The translations under genes and the position numbers were made by a program. A stretch of 63,826 bases of DNA, filler included, from Trichomonas gallinae (Eukaryota): NCBI GenBank assembly GCA_008369845.1. It is 3 parts of 3 records of this genome, joined end to end, with 100 filler letters (N's around TTAATTAATTAA, not from the genome) between each part and the next. Parts side by side here need not be neighbours in the genome. Positions count along the whole stretch, not along the records: positions 28,376 to 56,036 come from MRSU01000657.1; positions 56,137 to 63,826 come from MRSU01000664.1; 1 more part is not named here. The stretch is one strand, 5' to 3'. Within the stretch, counting starts at the first letter, position 1. Each line of letters starts with the position of its first letter. The notes beneath the pieces are model-generated. The model saw only the letters and a program-made list of their open reading frames with translations. It searched no databases and was not told the origin of the DNA. This document shows, piece after piece, positions 55,311 through 63,826 of this stretch.

Positions 55311-56036
55311 TAAAAAATTTATTTTTTCTATCAAAACAATAAAAAACGAACAAAAATTCAACGTAATTTTGACTAAATGATATACATTGAAAAGAGCAAT
55401 AAATAAAAAACAAAATAAATTGAAGGATCATTGAAAAAAGAATCATTCAATTTGATTATTGCTCCGAAAATGAGAAATTTAATTATACATTATGGCCTAT
55501 AGCGATATTTCACTTTATAAATTAAAATTGAATAACGCGGAAATTTAACATAATTTATATTATTTACATATATGTATGCATTATTTCAAATTTTGGAATA
55601 TTCAATTCAAAATTATTTTTAATTGTTTCCAATCTATATATGATAAATATAAAAATTGGTTTTAATTTAAACGTTTAAAATTTATCTGATAAATTTAAAA
55701 ATTAAGGATAGTTGATGATAATATTGATGAATAAAATAAAATGATTGTTTCAATATTTTGAAAAATTTTCAAAAATTGAATTATATATTATCGATGTTCA
55801 TAGAATTTAAATTTTAAACAACAAAGTAACTTTCGAATTTACAATAGCTTTAGATAAATATAATTTTAAAAGTGACAATAATTACCCCCTAAATTTTATG
55901 TTTTTAGCATATACAAACGAAAAGAAATCTAAATAAAAAAATTTGGGATTTGAGAAGATTACCCAGTTTTGCCACAGTTTGCACTAGGTCCTATTATAGG
56001 GGGTGAATCTAACAAATCAGATAAATATGACAAAAT

Positions 56037-56136
56037 NNNNNNNNNNNNNNNNNNNNNNNNNNNNNNNNNNNNNNNNNNNNTTAATTAATTAANNNNNNNN
56101 NNNNNNNNNNNNNNNNNNNNNNNNNNNNNNNNNNNN
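56037..56136. other. Artificial assembly spacer (N44-TTAATTAATTAA-N44)
   Basis: Same 100-nt linker as at 28276. Confidence 0.97.
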
Positions 56137-56270
56137 GTGGTACCATTATTTTGTAAACTAAAATTGAGAGATGACCGTCAGATTCACTTATGACCCTCAA
56201 ATTCATATACGGTATGAATCTTTCATTCTATATAAAAAAAAGAATTTCAAAAACTTATTTTTATAATTGT

Positions 56271-58448
56271 TTATGTTGAATTACTACAACTATTACTGAC
56301 AGAATTATCGTGATTATCACTATCAGATTGAGAGGAACTGTGAATTTCGCCATTGCTACCATAGTAATGAGTATGGTATTTTTTGGGGCCATTTGAGTGA
56401 GGCACTGGTTTATCAAGGCACTCTTTGCAGCAAGGTTTAAAGCAGCAACATGGGAATATCCAACAATCATCAACTTTATTAATTATGTAAGCGAAGAGCA
56501 ATATACCAATTGCTCCTACTATTGGAACTACAATTGCAATAATTGTTATTATTTGTTTTCTTGAAAGTCCTTTTGATTGTTTTGGGACAATAGTACCATT
56601 AAAGTATGGTGGTACTTCTCCTACATAATAAACTCTGTTTAAATTGCTATAACGATCAGGTTCGTATGCTATTATATGGTTTAGATATGAATTTCCACCT
56701 GCATAGAATCCACATACTTCGTCTTCATCTGATTCATCATCATGAGTTTCGAAATGAACTTCTTGTTCATAAGTACTATAGAATGCATATTTTGCAACTT
56801 GTTTTGTAGGTGATAATGAGAAATAATTATAATATAATGAAGGAATAAATCTTATATTGGTACTTGCTTCAAAACCGTACTTGCCAATTATAGTGAAATG
56901 GAATTCAAGAAACCATGTTCTGATATTATTGCATGTAGCATTTCTATCAGGGCTATTTTCATCGCATTTCAAATGTTGTGTTGGGCATTTTGGTGATAAA
57001 ATTAGGATATCTTGAAACATATCAATTGTCCACTTAGATATGACCGACATACTTAGTTCATGTTCTTTATTATCTTTAGGTTTGATGAAGAATTTTGCCA
57101 CACCAACATTATAACTATCAATTGACACGTTAATAACAGATCTGTTAGCATCGCCAAGAAGTTCTTGATATGTTTCATTAAATGTTGTAGCATTAGCAGT
57201 GAATATTGGTCCATTATGGAATACGTATATAGATTGGTACAAAGAAAGATTCATTCCTTCAGGTGGAATCATGAATCTGTAAAGACCAACTGGCAGCAAT
57301 GAGTGATAATTATATAGATAATCAATATCAAAAGATGGATTTTCATTCTTTGTAATGTCACCAAAAATGATGAACCCTTCATGCTGTCTATAGGTTATTG
57401 TTTTATCTTCAGGATAATATATTTGCGATGTAACCATACTCATATTTACTGCCTCGTCGATAGACATACACATTAATGATTGTCCATAGATTGATCGAAT
57501 TTTAATGCCTTTCATTTCATGTTTTTCTGATAGATACGTTAATGTTCCGTTTGGCAAAAATACTTTTGAGTTTGATGCTTGGAAATAGTTTGCATGCGGA
57601 GATATATATAGGGCACAAATCGAAGATTTATAATTAGCTGTTGCTTTTGTATCTGTTGTGCTAAAACTAATTTTTTCGTTATCAATGAAGAAATCAACAT
57701 ATAAATTTTTGCACAATGTATTATTTATGTATTGTATTGTGTAGAGGAACTTAGTATCAGGTGTTTGCGAACTAACAGTGATAGTTATTAGCTTGTCACC
57801 ACTTGAATAAATACCAGCAGCTGAAGCTGTTACATCATCGCATGCGAAATTTATATTTTCGAGATTTTTGGCAACAAATATACTACGGTACGGCATTTTA
57901 ATCTGCAAAGGTTCTTTTAGCATTACTGAAAAATCACCAAAATCATGATAATCTGCAAAATTGATAATTTTGAAATCATTAGATTCTTTCAAATCATAGA
58001 CATATATGTAATTTTCCATATTGATGGGCTTAGTTTCTTTGTCTGTTTCTAATCTAGATTTCTTCGGCATCATTATGAGTAAGCACTTATTATTATCTAT
58101 TTGTGGGGTGAATGGAAAAGTGGGATTTGCATGTGCCTGTATGCTATTAACGCAATCTTTTTTAATATCGTCCATGTTTGCAATCACAATTTCAACTATT
58201 GAATTTTTATTATTATTTAATTTTTTGAAATCGATAGTAGCACCATTAGGAGGTGCGAATATGTATGAACCTGTTACCATTTTGACGTTGCCTTCTGAGT
58301 ATGTTATTTCTAAATTCTCATCAACAAATGAAAACAGATAATAATGCGCGGAGTTCAGCTCCCTCGTTTCATCTTTGGTAACATTATTCCAAAATAGAGC
58401 GCCCGATGGATTTATTATGTGTGCAACTGATAGAATTGTCAATATCAT
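56271..58448 (-). CDS. Type I membrane/surface protein with Cys-rich cytoplasmic tail
   Basis: Short hydrophobic N-terminus, large beta-rich ectodomain, TM (IITIIAIVVPIVGAIGILLFAYII), then DCWIFPCCCFKPCCKEC. Confidence 0.85.
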   Translation of the reverse strand: MILTILSVAHIINPSGALFWNNVTKDETRELNSAHYYLFSFVDENLEITYSEGNVKMVTGSYIFAPPNGATIDFKKLNNNKNSIVEIVIANMDDIKKDCVNSIQAHANPTFPFTPQIDNNKCLLIMMPKKSRLETDKETKPINMENYIYVYDLKESNDFKIINFADYHDFGDFSVMLKEPLQIKMPYRSIFVAKNLENINFACDDVTASAAGIYSSGDKLITITVSSQTPDTKFLYTIQYINNTLCKNLYVDFFIDNEKISFSTTDTKATANYKSSICALYISPHANYFQASNSKVFLPNGTLTYLSEKHEMKGIKIRSIYGQSLMCMSIDEAVNMSMVTSQIYYPEDKTITYRQHEGFIIFGDITKNENPSFDIDYLYNYHSLLPVGLYRFMIPPEGMNLSLYQSIYVFHNGPIFTANATTFNETYQELLGDANRSVINVSIDSYNVGVAKFFIKPKDNKEHELSMSVISKWTIDMFQDILILSPKCPTQHLKCDENSPDRNATCNNIRTWFLEFHFTIIGKYGFEASTNIRFIPSLYYNYFSLSPTKQVAKYAFYSTYEQEVHFETHDDESDEDEVCGFYAGGNSYLNHIIAYEPDRYSNLNRVYYVGEVPPYFNGTIVPKQSKGLSRKQIITIIAIVVPIVGAIGILLFAYIINKVDDCWIFPCCCFKPCCKECLDKPVPHSNGPKKYHTHYYGSNGEIHSSSQSDSDNHDNSVSNSCSNST

Positions 58449-59039
58449 GTTAATACGAAATAAATAATTATTTTGAGAAGAATCCGTTACTCTTCTTAAA
58501 ATTCATTAATCATGCGATTATTTTAAATTCAAAAATTGAAAATTCAGAAATGAAAATAGTCATATATTGGATAATTAAACATTTTCCACATTTTCGGTAC
58601 GCTTTCGCGCCCGTAAACCTTTTAAAATTATATTCATTCAACGGTTCCAAGATTTTACTAGTAATTTAGAATATATACACGATGACCTTTTTAAAATAAA
58701 GTTTTAAACCGGTATTTCTTTTTTATCAAATGACTAGTAAAAATAACTTAATATGATGTAATATATTCAAATCTTGCAAAATAATGACAAAATAACAAAA
58801 TTTCAGATGTCGATTTCCAAAAAAATACAATTTCTGATGAAATTCCAGCATTAAATGCATATAAATCTTAAACCTAATATAAATTTATTATTTTTAAGCG
58901 TTTTTTATGATTTTTCTCAATTTCAATTGTTAACTATCAACGAAAACTAAAATTGGAAGCTAGAAAAACACATGAAATATGTCATATTTTGATTTGACAT
59001 ATGTAAGTTAGGCAACAGTCAAGAATTAAATTCGATATT

Positions 59040-59440
59040 AAAAAATTCATCAACTTCCTGGACATATAACACATACAATATAACATATTTAAACAAATCT
59101 GCTGTTATATAGTTGTTATGTATCCATTAAGCTATAGTATTTAGTTGAATTCGACTATTTATAAGATTTGATCTAATAAATCTACATACTTCATATATGA
59201 TAGAAAAGATATCTGTTAGCATCGTCTGTAAGATTCAATTTTGATATCAAATAATATGTTAACTGAATTCTATTTTGTTATTATTTCAACCGTTGAAAAC
59301 ATTCAGTTTTTGATATATATTGTTATATTTTGATGTGTAAGTTTAATATCTTCTTTAATGATGAAATATGAAATTCATACCAATTTCTGATGGCAATTGG
59401 ATTATAATATTTCACCAATTCATATAATTTCATGATAACT
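59040..59440 (-). pseudogene. Possible heavily decayed protein kinase fragment
   Basis: Minus-strand reading contains 'KLTHQNIT', 'DLLDQI' and 'QQICLNMLYC' in kinase order, with many stops. Confidence 0.25.
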
Positions 59441-59564
59441 CCATGAATATAATTAGATTGAAGTTGCGGGTGTTATATATTTGTAAATAATTTTGTTTGT
59501 TATAAATTATAAAATACTGACATGTATAATTTTATTTGTCAAAATTTTCATAAAATTAAAATCG

Positions 59565-60335
59565 ATGCAATCAATATATGATTTTGCATCAAACACTTGG
59601 AATTATTTGATGATGCAGACGCAACATGCAAAAGAAAAAGTAGGGTTAACCGAACAAGAGTTAGATCCAAAAGTTGAAGATGCTAAACTCAAATTAAAGC
59701 AAATTGATGTAATAATGTATCGATATCAAAGCAATATTTACGAGATTATTGAATGTATTCCTCAATTAAATGAGACTTCAAGAAAATTCTCACAACTTTT
59801 TGTTCAAAATGATTTTAAATACGGAGGAAAAGCGAGAAATCTAACAAATACTCTTGATTTATTCTTTGAAACAGCAGGTGAGATATGTGATGAAGCATTA
59901 ATACAAAGATACGATAAAAATTTGAAATCAATATTTCAAGAAATTAGAGAAACAATTGATAAACTCAAGGAAATTAAATCTGAGCGTCATAACATCAGAC
60001 TAATGAAGTGCGCTTTAGAAAATAAAGTAGAATCTTTAAAACTCGAAGGAAGCCCAGAGCTTCTTGCTACAACAAGAATCAGCTATGAAGAGAAGAAAAT
60101 AGAACTCGAGATTATTTCTGAAAAATTCGTAAAATACGTAAATAATATGTGGAATATACGTAATGAATTAATAGAAAGGCCGATGCAAGAGCTTGTCGCG
60201 CTTGTTTACCAAATAATCAAAAGTTTGTACATGCCATGCCAAGCTCTGAAGTCTCATCTTAATAAAGAAGATCTAACTAGAGAATATCTTCCTGAAATAG
60301 TCTTAAATAAAACCGTAGATCCATCAAAAACATAA
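59565..60335 (+). CDS. BAR/arfaptin-homology-like coiled-coil protein
   Basis: 'Q..KEKVG..E...DP..E' N-terminus and an all-helical ~250-aa body; first ATG at 59565. Confidence 0.65.
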   Translation: MQSIYDFASNTWNYLMMQTQHAKEKVGLTEQELDPKVEDAKLKLKQIDVIMYRYQSNIYEIIECIPQLNETSRKFSQLFVQNDFKYGGKARNLTNTLDLFFETAGEICDEALIQRYDKNLKSIFQEIRETIDKLKEIKSERHNIRLMKCALENKVESLKLEGSPELLATTRISYEEKKIELEIISEKFVKYVNNMWNIRNELIERPMQELVALVYQIIKSLYMPCQALKSHLNKEDLTREYLPEIVLNKTVDPSKT

Positions 60336-61064
60336 TTTCAACGTATTAATCTAGATATTCCGGAAAATTTTATTCACAATTAACTTTCACTCAAGAAACC
60401 ATAAAAATAGACCACAGCACAAAAATATTTCCAATTTAATGCGAATAATTATTGTTTGTTTTGTAATTTTTCATTCTTTCATTCAATACGAAAATATTTG
60501 TTTCCATTAATCATCAAATTGTCATACTTGGATAAATATTCGATATATGTTTTTATAAAACAAATCATTTTTCGATAATTACAAATTATGAAATTAAACA
60601 TAATGGATGAACTTAAAAACTTGATACTGAGGATTGATGAGAAATGGGCTAAATATCACTCATAAAATTAAGGCTCAGCAGAATAAGTTGATGAAAAAAA
60701 ATCGAATTTTCTACTAACTTGGAAATCATAAACAATCATTTTATGATGCAGCTTAAAATAGTATATGAATAACGAGATAAAAAGCATGCATAATATTAAT
60801 CAAAAGCAATATAGCAACATTGTATCCTAGCATTAAAGATGATGAAAAATTAGAAAAGAAAACTTTCGATTTTATTAAGATAAGAATCGCTGGATGTGTA
60901 TTTTTCTAAATGTTAACTCATTCATTGGGATAATATTTCCATCACACGGCACATGAATGGATTTCATTTTGCATGGTCAGTCATTCAGATTCAATGATTG
61001 ACCAAAGAGATTAAAAAAAAATTGAAAACAATAATTTAATTAAAAAATGTAAAACATGTTTTAT

Positions 61065-63455
61065 TTATAGCTTAAGTTCGCCATCATGGCCTCTAACATC
61101 CTGAGAAATCAGCTCTTCGGTCCTGTCATCTTCTTCGAATGTGGACTGGTTGCGTCTCTTCTTGTAGCAATAGTATAGCTTGTAGATGATAAAAATCACA
61201 ACAGCAATGATCAAAACAAAAACTAAAATTCCGAAAGAAGTCCAAATGAACCGGGAATTAATGACAATTCCTGGCTGCTTAAAGACTTCCTTCTCGAATA
61301 AAACGCCAGGTGGTGCCTGACAGTTTTCAGACAGTGTCAGAGAAAACACTCCAATAGTTTTGTTCCTCGTAATATGGATTGGCTGTATCAATGTTGAGCA
61401 GCCGTCGTTGCTGTTCTTGCTCATTGGAGCGATATAAAGGACAGCGTGCGGAACATCTTCACTGACAGAAAATTCGACTTTTTTGAGTTCGCTCAATAGC
61501 ATTGGTGACGAATACACGTTATCCATCTTATCTAAATCCCAGACACCGACTATTGCGACATGTGCATTAGGATCTGTGCTGAGAGAATCCAGCTGCATCG
61601 AGAAGTCAACATTGATTTGGACTGTGTTTTTGTCGGAAATGTGGAATGTTTCGTATGGACTTGGTCTTGTTAAATAAGTTTTAGTGTCTGTATTTGTTAT
61701 TTGAACGTTTTCTTTGGCTGACACATCGTGGAGCCTTGATTCTGCGATCATCGTGAAATTATTTGATTTCATGTAGCATGGAATAATAAAACTGGTTTGG
61801 GTGCCTGGATATACATCAGCTGCAACTTGTAATTGACGCTTATTAACATCAGCAAGATAAATATCGAATGGAATATATTCATCATATGTCACAACGATAT
61901 CTACTGGAAGACCGCACTTAAAACTGCTTGGAACTGATAATTTAGCTTCATTCTTGAGATTATTTGAGAATGGATCTGTTAATATTGTTTGCTTGCTCGA
62001 TGAAATTTCTGTATTTGTTCCAAAAACAGATAAAGTTATATCCTTGACGAATGTTTGGTTGCCATATGCATCTCTGCCGACCCTAACAGTCCATTTACCG
62101 CCTGCTGGCTCTCCTAAGAAGTTCCTGATCAAGAATGATGAAATTCCATCATTATAATCACTGTTTGATGGAACAACAACATGTGCAATTGTTCCTGATG
62201 GTGAAATAACGTCGAGTCTGAGGTTGCCAATGTTTGGATACTTAAAGTTAAGAGAAATATACTCGATATTCGAAATTTCGTAGCCAATATACAAAGCTGA
62301 TACGTTCTGGAAGCCTCCACGTGTTGTGTAGAGCTGAATATCTGGGAATATAACTTTTCCATGAGTTATTGATGGTAATTTCTCGAAAGATTTCGCAGCA
62401 TCAACAGCTTTCTTAGCATTGATCTTACCAAACCCGTAAACATCGGAATAGAAGATTCCAGCTGTGTTCTTATGCCATGATTCGTGGCTTGGATCGTTAA
62501 TATCTGAATTTAACGCAATAATCTGCTGTACTTCGCGTGGAGTCAAATCCTTGTTTGCTTCCTTCATGAGGGATACAATTCCTGAGACAACAGCAGCGCC
62601 GACGCCAACTGGTGAAAATCCTTTTGTTGCTGATGGATCATCAAATGTCCCGTTGTTTCCGTCTAATGAAATCGTAACTGGATGTGGTAAATCGTTCTCT
62701 GTGCCAAATGGAGAGAATTTTCCGCCCGCTGGTGCGTTGCATAAAATATTTGTTCCTCTGTTTGACCAATGCGCTCTAATTCCATCTAGAGTTATATCTG
62801 CAACTGCAATTACGTTTGGATTACGTGTATCTGCGTAGAAATTCGCATCACCGCCGCTGATTGCGTCTCCTCCTACAGGGGCAACGAAAATCGGAAGATT
62901 TTCAGTAGAAAGCGTTTTGGTGAGGCTCTCATGGTCAGATACAGGCGAACAACGAGCGAATTTTGAAGATTGAAATTCTGAACACGAATGAGGAATAGAA
63001 ATAAGCGAAACTTGGGCACCATTCGATGCACGATGTATTCCTGATGCTATTCTATCGTAATTAGTTTGAAAAGTCTGCTGGATGCAAAAATACTTTGATT
63101 TTGGTGAAATTCCTGCAATTGATTGAGAATTGTGCTCAGCAATAGCAATTCCTAGGTATCCAGTTGTAAGTCCTTTCTTCGGATCTGCATCATATCCATC
63201 AACTTCTGTATTATCTAAATCAACATTGTAATTATTTTCTACAATATTACGACCTTTGAGATCTACATGATCTCTGTAGCATCCATTACCAATAATACTG
63301 TATGTTACGCCTTCACCGAATATATTTTGATCCCAAACGTCTCTAACATTCACAGAAACATCATTACGTTGTCCTAAATAGAGCTGCTTAGAGAAGTATG
63401 GATCTTCTGGCTTGTATGTATTTTCGTGTAACGCAATAAACAATGAAAAAATCAT
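61065..63455 (-). CDS. Kexin/furin-like S8B family protein with P domain and TM; catalytically inactive
   Basis: 'DPYFSKQLYL...VNVRDVW', 'EANKDLTPREVQ', 'YGFGKINA', P domain 'LRLDVISPSGT...FLGEPAGGKW', C-terminal TM. Triad residues absent. Confidence 0.9.
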   Translation of the reverse strand: MIFSLFIALHENTYKPEDPYFSKQLYLGQRNDVSVNVRDVWDQNIFGEGVTYSIIGNGCYRDHVDLKGRNIVENNYNVDLDNTEVDGYDADPKKGLTTGYLGIAIAEHNSQSIAGISPKSKYFCIQQTFQTNYDRIASGIHRASNGAQVSLISIPHSCSEFQSSKFARCSPVSDHESLTKTLSTENLPIFVAPVGGDAISGGDANFYADTRNPNVIAVADITLDGIRAHWSNRGTNILCNAPAGGKFSPFGTENDLPHPVTISLDGNNGTFDDPSATKGFSPVGVGAAVVSGIVSLMKEANKDLTPREVQQIIALNSDINDPSHESWHKNTAGIFYSDVYGFGKINAKKAVDAAKSFEKLPSITHGKVIFPDIQLYTTRGGFQNVSALYIGYEISNIEYISLNFKYPNIGNLRLDVISPSGTIAHVVVPSNSDYNDGISSFLIRNFLGEPAGGKWTVRVGRDAYGNQTFVKDITLSVFGTNTEISSSKQTILTDPFSNNLKNEAKLSVPSSFKCGLPVDIVVTYDEYIPFDIYLADVNKRQLQVAADVYPGTQTSFIIPCYMKSNNFTMIAESRLHDVSAKENVQITNTDTKTYLTRPSPYETFHISDKNTVQINVDFSMQLDSLSTDPNAHVAIVGVWDLDKMDNVYSSPMLLSELKKVEFSVSEDVPHAVLYIAPMSKNSNDGCSTLIQPIHITRNKTIGVFSLTLSENCQAPPGVLFEKEVFKQPGIVINSRFIWTSFGILVFVLIIAVVIFIIYKLYYCYKKRRNQSTFEEDDRTEELISQDVRGHDGELKL

Positions 63456-63681
63456 TTTGACAAAATTTGTCACTTTTTACGATGCATACCGGAACATTTC
63501 GATATTCTTATTATTCTTATCTATGCAGCTTTGCATGAGATTAATTAATCACTGCATGCCTTGATGTTGCAATGAAGGCCAAAGCTGCTCGTCTTACAAT
63601 TTTCATATCATTGTTACAAATTTTTATGTTAAATATTATAGATTACATGTCAAAATTTACAAAAATGAATGTTTCCAAAGA

Positions 63682-63753
63682 GGTTCTGTAGTGCTGCGGT
63701 TATCACTTGGGACTTTGAATCCCGAAATCCAGGTTCGACACCTGGCAGAACCT
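63682..63753 (+). tRNA. tRNA-Gln (anticodon TTG)
   Basis: Acceptor stem GGTTCTG/CAGAACC, anticodon arm TGGGA-CT-TTG-AA-TCCCG, T arm CCAGG-TTCGACA-CCTGG, poly-T immediately downstream. Confidence 0.95.
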
Positions 63754-63762
63754 TTTTTTTTT
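63753..63762 (+). terminator. Pol III oligo-T terminator of tRNA-Gln
   Basis: Run of T directly after the tRNA 3' end. Confidence 0.8.
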
Positions 63763-63826
63763 ATTATTTATGCATTTTGCAATTTTGAATTTTGTTATTG
63801 CAATAATCACATTAATATGAAAACAA

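Noticed and set aside
63482..63600. H/ACA snoRNA reading of the structured element (AGATTA as H box, ACA near the 3' end)
   Set aside because: The putative H box lies inside the region closed by the 9-bp stem, which conflicts with two-hairpin H/ACA architecture; kept only as a generic ncRNA candidate.

Overview
AT-rich eukaryotic genomic DNA with compact, apparently intronless genes and very short UTRs. Gene families (BspA-like LRR, transmembrane adenylyl cyclase, GT61, Myb, ankyrin remnants) and promoter/poly(A) signals (Inr TCAY, AAAGTGAC, TAAA at stops) point to a trichomonad, Trichomonas vaginalis-like; the species is inferred. The window is three contigs joined by two artificial 100-nt spacers. 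It holds about 26 protein genes, including SGF29, TAF5-like, U2AF65-like, Myb, MLF, MED10, ULK4-like, SANT/U-box, SF3B3-like, a clathrin heavy chain 3' end, BspA, GT61, VPS35L, a TOR-like PIKK, TMEM222/RTE1, a cyclase, a BAR-like protein and a kexin-like protein. It also has one tRNA-Gln(UUG) and several decayed pseudogenes. No clearly novel multi-gene system is demonstrable. The best leads are a recurrent upstream motif (TTTACAYGTCAAAATT), a candidate three-way-junction RNA beside the tRNA, a poly-T frameshift in a BspA signal peptide, several pseudoenzymes and an unannotated membrane microprotein. All family calls are from motif recognition by eye, not database searches.
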